Source: a virus | Taxonomy: Duplodnaviria > Caudoviricetes | DNA: 54,346 nt | Strand: one strand, 5' to 3' | IMG/VR virus record: IMGVR_UViG_3300032250_000088 | Location: 1 to 54,346 of that record | Part shown: positions 25,403-36,031 of the stretch, in pieces | Numbering within the stretch: position 1 is the first letter of the stretch | Layout: every line of letters begins with the position of its first letter | Made by a program: the position numbers and the translations under genes | Notes under the pieces: generated by a model | The model's database searches: none | Seen by the model: the letters and a program-made list of their open reading frames with translations, nothing else | What the model was told of the DNA's origin: nothing

Positions 25403-26452
25403 ATGGGACAGTTTTTTCGCGTCAACGGCGACTATAATATTAGAGTTAGAGATGGCGGTACTATTAAATTAGATACCGGGCCATCTGGTGACACCATCAT
25501 AACTGGCAATCTAACAGTTCAGGGTGATGTCACTTCTGTTTCCTCTACTAATTTAGAAATCGAAGATAGAATTATAACCTTAAACGACGGAGAACGCGGT
25601 CCCGGAGTAACTCTTGTATATTCTGGTATGGAAATTGATCGAGGAACCTATGTAGATTCTACAGCAGTTCCTCGAGCAGCTTTGGTCTGGAATGAAACCA
25701 ACCCCGGATTTGTCACAGACGAAGACCCTACATCTGCTGCTGGATACTGGATGTTTGCCACAGGGCAAGACGGTGCATATGGATTTAAAGACAGTAATGT
25801 CAAGTTAAGAAGAATTCTAACTGACTCAGCAACTGACAACGGCGATCTTACTCTTATCGGTACAGGCACTGGCGTTGTTAAAGTTGCAGGCACAACAAAT
25901 TATCGTTTGCAAGTAACTGACAACGATGATATTCCAAACAAAGATTATGTTGATTATTCTATCTTGAATAATCCAACATTCCAAATCCGTGCTCCGCAAG
26001 GGCAAGACACTCGTGTAATTATTGCTGATACACAAGTAACTCCAAATAATGCATCCACTGGCGGTTCTTTAGCATATTACTATGACCAAACAGGATATCC
26101 AACCACTGAAAGTACTGTTGGATTCTTTGTAGACGGAGTACTGGCGGCAAACATATACGCAGATAGAGTACAGTTACAGCAATTAGAATTTGATCAAACT
26201 GAAATTTTAACAGTAGGATCTGGCAGTTCTAATATTAAATTTACTCCACATAGCACGGGAAAAGTTGAAATTAATGCATCATTACAACTAAACAATGATA
26301 TAGGTAGCCCAGCTATTGTATCTGGCAGTCATGTAATATATTCCAGACCAGAAAGTACCGGTAAGTCAGGAATTTATTTTGTAAATACTGAAAATACTAG
26401 AGATGAACTAGTTAGTAAAAATAGAGCATTGCTGTTTAGCATGTTATTTTAA
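25403..26452 (+). CDS. Virion structural/fibre-associated protein, 349 aa
   Basis: ITGNLTVQG, LEIEDRIITLN, GMEIDRG beta-rich fibre motifs. Confidence 0.7.
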   Translation: MGQFFRVNGDYNIRVRDGGTIKLDTGPSGDTIITGNLTVQGDVTSVSSTNLEIEDRIITLNDGERGPGVTLVYSGMEIDRGTYVDSTAVPRAALVWNETNPGFVTDEDPTSAAGYWMFATGQDGAYGFKDSNVKLRRILTDSATDNGDLTLIGTGTGVVKVAGTTNYRLQVTDNDDIPNKDYVDYSILNNPTFQIRAPQGQDTRVIIADTQVTPNNASTGGSLAYYYDQTGYPTTESTVGFFVDGVLAANIYADRVQLQQLEFDQTEILTVGSGSSNIKFTPHSTGKVEINASLQLNNDIGSPAIVSGSHVIYSRPESTGKSGIYFVNTENTRDELVSKNRALLFSMLF

Positions 26453-26461
26453 GGATTAAAA

Positions 26462-26845
26462 ATGGCCGTTATAGGAAAAATAGTTGAAGGTACCACAATG
26501 ACTGTCCCTACTATTGTATATACAAGTAGTGGAACTAATGCGGTGACTTGTATTGCAGTGTGTAACACAGGAACAATTAGTTTAACAGACGAAACTAGCC
26601 AATCAGTTGACATCAATATCTATATTGTTTCTCCAAGCGGTGGTGGCGATAACATTAATACTACCGGTTCAAATTCTCTAATAGTAAAACAATTAACAGT
26701 ACCAGCAGGAGAAACTGTATTTTTTAATGATGAAAAATTTGTCTTAGCCAATAATGACAGTATTAGAGTGGGTTATCAAATGAGCAACGCAGCTAGTCCG
26801 GTTACTAATTTATTAAATGTTACAGTCAGCACATTACCAGTATGA
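26462..26845 (+). CDS. Small beta-sandwich-like virion protein (paralog 1 of 3)
   Basis: VYT...AVTCIAVCN...VPAGET...KFVL pattern shared with 29750 and 43736 genes. Confidence 0.7.
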   Translation: MAVIGKIVEGTTMTVPTIVYTSSGTNAVTCIAVCNTGTISLTDETSQSVDINIYIVSPSGGGDNINTTGSNSLIVKQLTVPAGETVFFNDEKFVLANNDSIRVGYQMSNAASPVTNLLNVTVSTLPV

Positions 26846-27462
26846 GATTCTTAAAACAAAAAACTCTGTCTAGTTATAGTGCATCTGATGATGCGCTAAT
26901 GATCTACGACAATAGAGATTTATCAACGCATACACAGAATGGCGGTCGAGCAGTTATGGATATTACAGGTGGCCTAAGATTGCCAAAAGGAACCACAGAT
27001 CAAAGACCCAAACTCAGTAATGTTCGAACTCCTAATGGCCCCAATGGCTATATTAGATATAACACCACTACTAACGCTGTGGAAGCATATATCAATGGAG
27101 TTTGGGAAGTTGTTAGAGCATCGGGCTCTACAGCAATTCAAGTTAGTAGACTGCCAGCCAACGGTACCGAAACAACATTTGGTCCTTTGAACGCAGCTTA
27201 TGTAACAAACTACACTGCCAGTGACTATAATGTTATGGTATTAATTGACAACGTTATGCAAATTGGGGCAAAAGTTAACTATACAATAGTTAAAAGGCAG
27301 GCCGGAAGTTTTGTTTCAGTAAACTTCAGTCCATTTAGCTCATCAGGACCCGGTACATATACCAACGACGAATATTATATTCAATTTCCGTCTGCGGTGC
27401 CAGCACTTAGCGGTACTGGCGATCCAATTTATGTAACTGTGTTCTACGGTTACGGAAACTAA
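26842..27462 (+). CDS. Virion protein with LPxGTTxQRP...RYNT connector motif, 206 aa
   Basis: LRLPKGTTDQRP...GYIRYNTTTNAVEAYINGVW. Confidence 0.7.
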   Translation: MRFLKQKTLSSYSASDDALMIYDNRDLSTHTQNGGRAVMDITGGLRLPKGTTDQRPKLSNVRTPNGPNGYIRYNTTTNAVEAYINGVWEVVRASGSTAIQVSRLPANGTETTFGPLNAAYVTNYTASDYNVMVLIDNVMQIGAKVNYTIVKRQAGSFVSVNFSPFSSSGPGTYTNDEYYIQFPSAVPALSGTGDPIYVTVFYGYGN

Positions 27463-27464
27463 TT

Positions 27465-28568
27465 ATGTCACAGTTGGGTCGAATAAGTGGTCCACTACTA
27501 GATGCAAACCTAAATAGACTAGGTGTTGATCTTACATTTCGCAATTACAGTTCCAGCGACGACTTATTATATCTTGATGTAAACAATAATAGAATTGGTG
27601 TTAACAAAACACCAGCAGCGCATCGTGCAGAAATTGACGGCACAACTCGTACCACAAATTTAATTGCTCCAACATCTGGCGATATTGCAACTATTACATT
27701 AAATGGAAATACATTTTCCACAGACATTGTAAGCAGTATTGTAATTCGTCCCAATCAAACAAGCCCATTGGTAACAATGGATCACATGATTGCAGGCGAT
27801 TTGGATTTTAAAGATAATATAATTAAAAATCCTGCTGTTAACGGCGGCATACTTTTTGATCCTAGCGGAACAGGCATAACTGACATACAAAGTAGCGCAA
27901 GAGTCAATGGCGATCTAGCAGTAACTGGTAATTTTCGTATAGACGGTGATCTTCAAAAAAACGGAAATATTATTGTAGGCGATACAATATACGACACCGT
28001 TACTGTAGTTCCTGATTTTACGCAGAGTTTAATTCCAGGAGCAGATTTAACATACGATCTAGGCAGAGAGCTTGGAGATTCTACTACGGGCCGTTGGCGC
28101 AGAGTCTATGCGCCTAGTAATTCAGACATCGGTAATTTAGTATACAACGACATCACAGTAGGCAATCAATTAACTATTGAAAGCAGTGCTCCGTCAATTA
28201 GTACTCCGTTGTCAAACGACAGTATAAGATTAAATTCTTCAACGGGAATTATCGACATTGAGCGAATTAGATTTATTGGCGATACTATCACTAACCTAGA
28301 TCCTACTGCATTTACTTTAGAATCTACAGGAATTGGTTATACTCGATTTGTTGGTGACAATGCTATCGTAATACCGGCTGGCACTAGCGGACAACGATCT
28401 GCAAGTCCAGAAGTTGGTGAAACAAGATGGAACACTGATAATCCAGTAAATCAATATTTGGAATGTTTTGACGGCACTATATGGAGTGTTGCAACAGGAG
28501 CTGGCGGAACAGTTACTCAACAAGGCATGGAAGATTTGAGTAACATATACATCCTTGTACTAGGCTAA
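27465..28568 (+). CDS. Fibre-like virion protein, 367 aa (paralog of 28693 gene)
   Basis: LGRISGPLLDANLNR N-terminus; C-terminal IPAGTSGQR...RWNT...LECFDG. Confidence 0.75.
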   Translation: MSQLGRISGPLLDANLNRLGVDLTFRNYSSSDDLLYLDVNNNRIGVNKTPAAHRAEIDGTTRTTNLIAPTSGDIATITLNGNTFSTDIVSSIVIRPNQTSPLVTMDHMIAGDLDFKDNIIKNPAVNGGILFDPSGTGITDIQSSARVNGDLAVTGNFRIDGDLQKNGNIIVGDTIYDTVTVVPDFTQSLIPGADLTYDLGRELGDSTTGRWRRVYAPSNSDIGNLVYNDITVGNQLTIESSAPSISTPLSNDSIRLNSSTGIIDIERIRFIGDTITNLDPTAFTLESTGIGYTRFVGDNAIVIPAGTSGQRSASPEVGETRWNTDNPVNQYLECFDGTIWSVATGAGGTVTQQGMEDLSNIYILVLG

Positions 28569-28580
28569 ATTCTTCTTTGA

Positions 28581-28588
28581 GCTAAATA
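28581..28588 (+). promoter_or_regulatory. Late promoter variant (GCTAAATA)
   Basis: TAAATA core at start of 124-nt intergenic gap. Confidence 0.5.
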
Positions 28589-28593
28589 ATAAT

Positions 28594-28690
28594 ACCGCGG
28601 TGTCCAACTGTGGTCTATTACTGTGGTAAACCAGCAAAGAGCGCAAGCTGAGAATTTGGTTAACCGTGAAACACGGGGTACAAAGGAGAG
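28594..28690 (+). promoter_or_regulatory. Structured 5' leader (candidate cis-regulatory RNA)
   Basis: Four stems including G-U pairs and a GCAA tetraloop, ending just before AAGGAG SD. Confidence 0.5.
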
Positions 28691-28692
28691 CT

Positions 28693-29745
28693 ATGGCTAT
28701 TGGACGTATTTCAGGGCCGCTCTTAAAGGCAAATTTAAACCGTGAAGGTGTAAATTTAGCGTTTGAGACCGACCTTCTCTATCTTGATGTTAACAACTCT
28801 CGCATAGGTGTTAAGACTGCGTCTCCTCAATACGACCTAGATGTCAACGGTACCACAAGAACTACTAATCTTATAGTAGATACACAAGCAGATATTGCGC
28901 AGTTTACCATTAGCGGTAATACAATTTCTAGCTCTAATAACACAATTAATTTCATTCCAACAGGCGGCACAGCCACAGTGTATCAAGCACGCCTGCAAGT
29001 TAATGATTTTGAAATTCAAGGTAATACAATTTCTACAATTGTATCGAATTCAAACATTGAATTAAGACCAAACGGCATTGGTATAGTAGACATTTATTCC
29101 AATGCCACAGTCAACGGCAATTTAACAGTAACTGGAAATACCAATGTTACTGGTAATGTTACCATCGGCGGCAATATCACAATAGGCGATGCGTTAACCG
29201 ATAGCATCACAATTAACGCCAGCATTAACAGCGATTTAATACCGCAAACAGACAACACATACGACTTAGGAAGCTCTGGCTTCCGTTGGAGAACTGTCTA
29301 CGCACAGAACTTCTTCACAGATATGCTGAGTTTGGATTCTTTAGACATTGGAAATTTGCAGTTTAGAGATAACGAAATTACCACTACTACCGGAATGAAT
29401 TTGTCAATTTTTGGCAACGGAACAGGTGGCGTTGAGCTGGGTAATTTTAGATTTAGAGATAATACAATAACAAACATTGCTAATAATGCAATCAGTCAAA
29501 TACTGTCAACTGGCACAGGCTATTTTAAAATTGCCGGTACCAACGGTGTTGTATTACCTCGAGGCAGCAACGGAACACGCCCAACAGCTTATGCAGTAGT
29601 TGGTATGACTAGATATAATACCGACTCTAGGGCACTAGAAGTTTGGGACGGCTTTAGTTGGGCAAGTCCTGCAGGTAGCTCAGGATCAGTAACTGGTACC
29701 CAAGCCGAAGACACATCGATAGCATTTGCTCTCACATTAGGATAA
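28693..29745 (+). CDS. Fibre-like virion protein, 350 aa (start corrected from 28666)
   Basis: AAGGAG SD; IGRISGPLLKANLNR; GNLTVTGN repeats; LPRGSNGTRP...RYNTDSRALEVWDG. Confidence 0.75.
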   Translation: MAIGRISGPLLKANLNREGVNLAFETDLLYLDVNNSRIGVKTASPQYDLDVNGTTRTTNLIVDTQADIAQFTISGNTISSSNNTINFIPTGGTATVYQARLQVNDFEIQGNTISTIVSNSNIELRPNGIGIVDIYSNATVNGNLTVTGNTNVTGNVTIGGNITIGDALTDSITINASINSDLIPQTDNTYDLGSSGFRWRTVYAQNFFTDMLSLDSLDIGNLQFRDNEITTTTGMNLSIFGNGTGGVELGNFRFRDNTITNIANNAISQILSTGTGYFKIAGTNGVVLPRGSNGTRPTAYAVVGMTRYNTDSRALEVWDGFSWASPAGSSGSVTGTQAEDTSIAFALTLG

Positions 29746-29749
29746 TAAC

Positions 29750-30082
29750 ATGCCAACAGTTTTTAAACATGCAGTTAACACAAGTATAGGAACAGATCCA
29801 GTCGACGTACTGCAAATTCCGGCTGGCGTTAGAGCAACGGTAATTGGCTGTAACATTGCCAATGTTACAGACTACGACACTGTGACAGTTAATGTTTTTG
29901 TTGTAGACGAAAATTCAACGCAGGCTTATTATGTAAAAGGATTACCTATACCACCTAATACCAGCGTTAAAGTTATTACTAACGGAGAGAAACTGATTTT
30001 ACCAGAAACATCGGGTATTAGAGTAGTTAGTGATGTTGAAGACAGTATTGATACAACAATTAGTTATGTAGAGATTTCTTAA
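29750..30082 (+). CDS. Small beta-sandwich-like virion protein (paralog 2 of 3)
   Basis: IPAG...TVIGCNIAN...IPPNTS...KLIL...SYVEIS. Confidence 0.7.
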   Translation: MPTVFKHAVNTSIGTDPVDVLQIPAGVRATVIGCNIANVTDYDTVTVNVFVVDENSTQAYYVKGLPIPPNTSVKVITNGEKLILPETSGIRVVSDVEDSIDTTISYVEIS

Positions 30083-30093
30083 GGAACAAGATC

Positions 30094-30462
30094 ATGGCAC
30101 AGAGCAATTATTATTTGGGTAGAGACCCCGTAGAAATTCTAGGCGATAGTCCTAGATATTGGTATGCCTTGAGAAGAAATCAAGACGGCGAACTGTTTAT
30201 TGTTCGCAGCGATCAAGTATCTGATAAAGAAGCCTACAGTATTAACATTCCCGGTCCTATCGGAGAAAATTTTGAAGATTTCGAACCAGGCGTAGACTAT
30301 TTTGATGGCACCACAGAAGATCACGAACCAGAATACGAAAATATGTATTATACCCAATATCGTTGGGATGATCGAAGCATATTTTATTATATAGATAGTC
30401 AAGGAATGCTGGTACAAAGAATTAATCAAGGGTATACATATCCCACAGGCATTTCAACTTAA
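30094..30462 (+). CDS. Hypothetical acidic/aromatic protein, 122 aa
   Basis: AAGGA SD, operonic spacing. Confidence 0.7.
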   Translation: MAQSNYYLGRDPVEILGDSPRYWYALRRNQDGELFIVRSDQVSDKEAYSINIPGPIGENFEDFEPGVDYFDGTTEDHEPEYENMYYTQYRWDDRSIFYYIDSQGMLVQRINQGYTYPTGIST

Positions 30463-30478
30463 TTAAGCAGAGAACAAA

Positions 30479-33400
30479 ATGGCAGAATTTAAGATCAGTA
30501 GATTTAGATATACTTGGCGAGACGAGTGGGCCGCAGATTCGTCTACATACAACAAAGACGATGTAGTCCTGTATCAGGGTAAAGCATGGGTTTGTATTAG
30601 ACAACACACCGCTTCTACATTTTATCAAGATCAAGCATATATTCCTCCCGGTGAAACACTAGCAAGCCCAGCTTGGGTAAAAATGACCGATGGTCGAAAA
30701 TATCTAGGCGCTTGGTCTCCTAATCAAATATACGATGCAGGTGTACTAGTCAATGTAGGCGCAAACATATACCTGTGTATTACTAGCCATACTGCTGGAG
30801 CTAACTTTAGCAACACCATTGTAAATTGGGAAATTTTTGCTACAGGTTCTAAATTTAGAAGTGCTTGGACTGCCTCAACAAGATTTAGAATTGGTGATGT
30901 TGTAGTATATGGAGGAAATACCTATCAGTGTATTCTAGAACACGATTCTGCAGCAAGTGCATCTGGAATCATAACAGGCAATAGCGATACTGTAAACGAC
31001 AGTACACTAGAAACCTGGACATACCTGCTAGAAAACGATAAGTTTATCCATACATTCACATTCGGAACTAGATATAGATTAAATGAATTAGTCAAGTATG
31101 GGGGAAGTATTCTACGGTGTATACAGGAACATACTGCTGCTTCTGGTTCTGGTGCAACCATTGATAACACAAAATTTGAAACCTACCTAGCAGGATATAA
31201 TTTTGTAGGTGATCACAATCCCACAACAGCTTATGCTATCGGTGATGTTGTTCGATACGGCGGATTTATCTACAGAAGTTTATCAAATCAGGCTTCCGCT
31301 ACTCCAGGCTTCTCAGATTCGTATCCTCAAGGTAATCCTAATTGGCTTAAAATTGCAGAAGCAACTAATTATCTTGGAGTATACGATCCTGTAGGTAATT
31401 ATAAAAACGGCGATATAGTGCAAAAAGGCGGCAGTATATGGAAGTGTATAACTGACGTTGAGCCGGACGGCAGCACATTGATGTATCTAGATACATCAAA
31501 TTGGGAACTGGTAATATCTGCAGATGCATTTAGAGGCCGTTGGGCAACCACAACAAACTACAATGTTGGTGATATTGTTTACTATAAAGGCAGCACCTAC
31601 AAAGCCATGATTGCTCATATTGCTACTCCTATAGATTTTCCTGGAGATAACGGCAGTGTAACAGGCATGTGGGAACTGCTAGTTCAGGGCAGTGATGAAG
31701 CGGGGCTGATACAGTTCGGTGACATGTTGGTCTACGATCAAAGTAGACTACCAGCGGACGATCAAAGCTCTCTAGGCCCCGCTCGAATTCCAATCGGAAC
31801 TCCTGATCAACTGCTTACAGTTTCTGATAATCTAGGATCAGTAGACTGGGAACCTTGGGGAGATTTTTCAAGAATATTTTTTGTAAGAACAACTGGTGTA
31901 GATGATGACACTGATCCTCAAAGAGGAATCAACTATTTTAAGCCTTACAGAACTCTGAGATTTGCCTTGTCAAAAGCCGACGACAACTATAGTGGGTTTA
32001 CCACAATCAGTGTGTCGACGGGCGACTATTACGAAATATTGCCTTTGATTGTACCAGCTAGAACCACAGTGTCTGGCGAAGAGTTAAGATCTACAGCTAT
32101 CATAGCCAGTTTACCTAATCCTAATATGGACGGTGATGCGTTTTATACAATTGCAGCAATCCAGAGATTAAGCTCAATTATAGTCGATTTAATCACTGGC
32201 AGTCGCATCACCCGATCAACAGGAAATACACTAACTCAAAGCATAGTTCCTACAGGCAACAATGCATCAGCAACATTGGTTCAGGGATTACTTGCTAATA
32301 TCGTAGAAACTATAAATTATCGAGTTAACGATTCTGGTTCAAATCCTGTGGTATCGGGAACTAATACACTTACAACAGACAGTGTAAGATTACAAACAGT
32401 AATAAATTTAGAAAATAACAAAGACTTTCTTGCACAAGAAGCTGTGTCGTATATTCGTCAATCTTATCCTGATTACAATTTCAACAGTGATCTATGCAAA
32501 CGAGATATAAAAGAATTTATCAAAGCTATTCAGTATGATCTTCGATACCCCGGAAATTACAAAACACTGTTAGCTGCTAGATATTATTCAAATGCAGTTA
32601 CAGGATCAGCATTAGACGACATGTTCTATTTTAGAGATGCTAGTGGAATGAAAAACTGCACTCTTAAAGGACTAGCAGGTACACTACCCGCAAGAACAAT
32701 AGGACAAAACTATCAATTGCCTACAGGAGGATCTTTTGTTAGTCTAGATCCCGGATGGGGACCTGCAGATAACAGAACTTGGATCACCACTCGATCACCA
32801 TATATTCAAAACGTTACAACTTTTGGAACTGGCGCAATTGGCCAAAAAGTAGACGGTGCATTACACGATGGCGGCAATAGGTCTATAGTTAGCAATGACT
32901 TCACTCAGGTAATATCAGATGGTATTGGTGCATGGATGTTAAACGGAGGCCGCGGCGAATTAGTATCGGTATTCTCTTATTACGCACACATAGGTATGTT
33001 TGCTACCAACGGCGGTATTATCAGAGCTACCAACGGTAACAGTTCTTACGGTGATTTTGGAGCAGTAGCAGACGGTATTGACAATACCGAAGTTGTTCGA
33101 TATGGTAACCTCAACACAAGAACCACACAGGCTACTGTAGCCGCAGCATTTGCAGGCGAACTTAATGACTTTATTTTTGGATTAGAGTTTGCCAATGCTG
33201 GACAAGAATATACCACAGCAAGTTATTCATTGGTCAGTTCGGGTACCGGTGCCGTAGCAGTACAAGAAGAATTTAGAGACAACGGGGTTTTTGAGGTACA
33301 AGTATTATCCAGGGGCTTGGGATTTGTTCAAGCAGGTAATCAAGCCTCAACAGGAACTACGACAACAATATCTCTAGGAGCAACGGACAACAGTACCGAA

Positions 33401-35998
33401 GCTGAAATTTTAGGAATGAGGGTGATATTGACCAGCGGTCCTGGTACAGGACAATACGGTTATGTTACTTCTTACAATATTGTTACTAGAATATGTACAG
33501 TTTACAGAGAAAGCGATGATCAACCTGGATGGGATCATGTGTTACCTGGAACTCCAAGTGCTACCCTATTAACTTCTGGAACCACATATAGATTTGAGCC
33601 AAGACCAATTTTTACTGATCCCGGATTTACAGCAACCAGTGTGACTCTTCCTAGTGCTGGAAATTATTCAAACATAGTCTACGGAGAAACCAGCAATGTC
33701 TATACTGGATTAACCGGAGGCTCTGGAACTGGGTCAGTAGACGGCACCGACGGGCTAGTACCAGTTACCGCAGTATGGACTGTGACTAAAACAGGAAGAA
33801 CTTATTCCGTGGCGCTGACTAATCCCGGTGCAGGATATCAAGTTGGTGACACAATAGTGATATCAGGAGCAAATCTTGGCGGTCTAGACATTGAACACAA
33901 CCTTAGAATCACAATAACAGCTACTACTGAAGACAGTACAAATTCTATAGTTCTTTATGAAATCACAGGCAGTGCTGTTGCTGACAGTGGAAAATTTGTC
34001 ATTACTCCCGCAAGTGGAGCAGTTGGAAGATATTCCGGTGACGGTGATACTTGGGGCACATTTACCTTACCTAGTGCAGGTAACTGGCGATGTGTAGCTG
34101 CCGGTAATAATAAATTTGTGGCAATTAAATATGGAACCAATGAAGCAGCATCAAGTATAGACGGTGTAGAATGGACTCTACAATCTATGCCTAGTGCTAG
34201 AAACTGGAACGGGGTAGCCTATGGTAAGCCTTCTACTTCAACTACAGGCATGTTTGTTGCTGTGGCAGGAAATCTTAATTCGGCTGCGTATTCTACCAAC
34301 GGTACAACTTGGTCGGCATCAACTCTGCCAACATTCGGTGATTCTACTCTTAACGAGTGGGTGAGTGTTGCCTACGGAGCCAATGAATTTGTGGCCATTG
34401 CTAACACAGGAAATATTGCCGCTGTAGGTACATGGGATGGCACCACATTGACCTGGCAAGGTACCATCATGGATGCCATTGCAGACTCATCTCAGAAAGA
34501 CTGGGTATCTGTGGCCTACGGTAATCGTAGATTTGTTGCCATTAGCTCTACTGGTGATGTTGCCTACAGTTTTGACGGTATTGATTGGCTAGGAGCAACT
34601 ATGCCAACTCAAGACGGTTCCACTATACATAACTGGAAACAGATCAAATACGGTCAAGGAGTGTTCTTTGCAGTAGGAGATACTGGATCTAGAACAGTAG
34701 GAGATGACCCTACAACAGGACCAACAACATTTGTTGCAACATCATATGACGGTATTGTTTGGACATCACGAACTCTTGCAACTTCCGAAGTATGGGGTTC
34801 AGTGGCATTTGGAAATCCAGATGTAACACTCGGCGATAGTACAGTTACTAACAGTAAAGGAATGTGGATTACTGTGGTAGATGGCAACGGTGCAGCAAGT
34901 GCTAATATTAACAAAATTTTCACAGGTGCAAGAGCATTAGGTAGGCTGGTAGTAGAAGGTAGAGGAGTAAGCTCAGTAAAATTATGGGAGCCTGGTTCAG
35001 GCTATTTGACTTTGCCTACACTGGCAGTAGTTGACCCAAACAATGAACTAGATCCAACTTTTAGAATAAGAAGCGCCGACGGTGTCTTAGCACAGCCAAC
35101 ATTTATTAGTAAAGGATCGGCATACAAGACCAGCAAAACCACAGTTACAGTTATTGGTGACGGTTTTGCGGATGTTACTCCGGTAGGGAGATATGTCACA
35201 GTAGATAATTTAACATTGATGCCTGGTCCCGGAGCTCAATTCTACATCGGTGGTAGAACTGATTATTTTACCGCAGTGATAGTTGGCATAGACAAACAAG
35301 AATTAGAAGACGGAACCATAAGATCTACCTTCCAACTAAATCCAAATCCAACATTGGCCGACTTTTTTGAACATGATATGGAAGTGGTTATTAGAGAAAA
35401 ATACAGCCAGGTACGAATTACCGGACACGATTTTCTAGATGTAGGCACAGGAAATATTATAGAAACTAACTATCCTGTGATATATCAAGAATACGAGTAT
35501 ACTCCTTTGCCATTACAAGAAGTAGTGAGTTACAATGGCGGTCGAGTATTTTATACTTCAACAGATCAAGACGGTAACTTCCGAGTTGGTAACTTGTTTG
35601 CAGTTGAACAGGCCACGGGTGTTATTACAATTAGTGCTGAATTCTTTGATCTCAAAGGATTGACCGAACTAAGGCTTGGAGGTATCAGGGTTGGATCAAC
35701 AGCAGTAATTAGAGAATTCTCTAAGGATCCGTTGTTCGTACAAAATTCCAACAATATTATCCCAACTCAACGAGCGATAGTTTCATATCTAGCGTCGAGG
35801 TTGAACATTGGTGGTGAAGATTTGCTAACTCCATCAGTAACAGCTGGTTTAATTAGACTAGGACCATCTAGCATATCAAACACTGCTGGAGTAACTATAG
35901 ATGTTCCAATAATGGTAGATTTCTATGGGCAAAACAGTAGAATATCTGGAAGTATCATTGCACAAACAATGTTCTTCAATAGCTTTAAAGACGATTGA
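30479..35998 (+). CDS. Giant multidomain virion protein A, 1839 aa
   Basis: N-terminal W...Y..GDVV.YGG..Y.C...H repeats (CBM5/12-like), beta-helix-like segment, one CxRD helical domain, S.DG..W propeller-like repeats; paralog of next gene. Confidence 0.8.
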   Translation: MAEFKISRFRYTWRDEWAADSSTYNKDDVVLYQGKAWVCIRQHTASTFYQDQAYIPPGETLASPAWVKMTDGRKYLGAWSPNQIYDAGVLVNVGANIYLCITSHTAGANFSNTIVNWEIFATGSKFRSAWTASTRFRIGDVVVYGGNTYQCILEHDSAASASGIITGNSDTVNDSTLETWTYLLENDKFIHTFTFGTRYRLNELVKYGGSILRCIQEHTAASGSGATIDNTKFETYLAGYNFVGDHNPTTAYAIGDVVRYGGFIYRSLSNQASATPGFSDSYPQGNPNWLKIAEATNYLGVYDPVGNYKNGDIVQKGGSIWKCITDVEPDGSTLMYLDTSNWELVISADAFRGRWATTTNYNVGDIVYYKGSTYKAMIAHIATPIDFPGDNGSVTGMWELLVQGSDEAGLIQFGDMLVYDQSRLPADDQSSLGPARIPIGTPDQLLTVSDNLGSVDWEPWGDFSRIFFVRTTGVDDDTDPQRGINYFKPYRTLRFALSKADDNYSGFTTISVSTGDYYEILPLIVPARTTVSGEELRSTAIIASLPNPNMDGDAFYTIAAIQRLSSIIVDLITGSRITRSTGNTLTQSIVPTGNNASATLVQGLLANIVETINYRVNDSGSNPVVSGTNTLTTDSVRLQTVINLENNKDFLAQEAVSYIRQSYPDYNFNSDLCKRDIKEFIKAIQYDLRYPGNYKTLLAARYYSNAVTGSALDDMFYFRDASGMKNCTLKGLAGTLPARTIGQNYQLPTGGSFVSLDPGWGPADNRTWITTRSPYIQNVTTFGTGAIGQKVDGALHDGGNRSIVSNDFTQVISDGIGAWMLNGGRGELVSVFSYYAHIGMFATNGGIIRATNGNSSYGDFGAVADGIDNTEVVRYGNLNTRTTQATVAAAFAGELNDFIFGLEFANAGQEYTTASYSLVSSGTGAVAVQEEFRDNGVFEVQVLSRGLGFVQAGNQASTGTTTTISLGATDNSTEAEILGMRVILTSGPGTGQYGYVTSYNIVTRICTVYRESDDQPGWDHVLPGTPSATLLTSGTTYRFEPRPIFTDPGFTATSVTLPSAGNYSNIVYGETSNVYTGLTGGSGTGSVDGTDGLVPVTAVWTVTKTGRTYSVALTNPGAGYQVGDTIVISGANLGGLDIEHNLRITITATTEDSTNSIVLYEITGSAVADSGKFVITPASGAVGRYSGDGDTWGTFTLPSAGNWRCVAAGNNKFVAIKYGTNEAASSIDGVEWTLQSMPSARNWNGVAYGKPSTSTTGMFVAVAGNLNSAAYSTNGTTWSASTLPTFGDSTLNEWVSVAYGANEFVAIANTGNIAAVGTWDGTTLTWQGTIMDAIADSSQKDWVSVAYGNRRFVAISSTGDVAYSFDGIDWLGATMPTQDGSTIHNWKQIKYGQGVFFAVGDTGSRTVGDDPTTGPTTFVATSYDGIVWTSRTLATSEVWGSVAFGNPDVTLGDSTVTNSKGMWITVVDGNGAASANINKIFTGARALGRLVVEGRGVSSVKLWEPGSGYLTLPTLAVVDPNNELDPTFRIRSADGVLAQPTFISKGSAYKTSKTTVTVIGDGFADVTPVGRYVTVDNLTLMPGPGAQFYIGGRTDYFTAVIVGIDKQELEDGTIRSTFQLNPNPTLADFFEHDMEVVIREKYSQVRITGHDFLDVGTGNIIETNYPVIYQEYEYTPLPLQEVVSYNGGRVFYTSTDQDGNFRVGNLFAVEQATGVITISAEFFDLKGLTELRLGGIRVGSTAVIREFSKDPLFVQNSNNIIPTQRAIVSYLASRLNIGGEDLLTPSVTAGLIRLGPSSISNTAGVTIDVPIMVDFYGQNSRISGSIIAQTMFFNSFKDD

Positions 35999-36004
35999 TT
36001 TTTT

Positions 36005-36012
36005 AATAAATA
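36005..36012 (+). promoter_or_regulatory. Late promoter (AATAAATA)
   Basis: 19 nt upstream of ATG 36032, GGAG SD between. Confidence 0.7.
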
Positions 36013-36031
36013 TTACGAAGCGGAGTTTATA

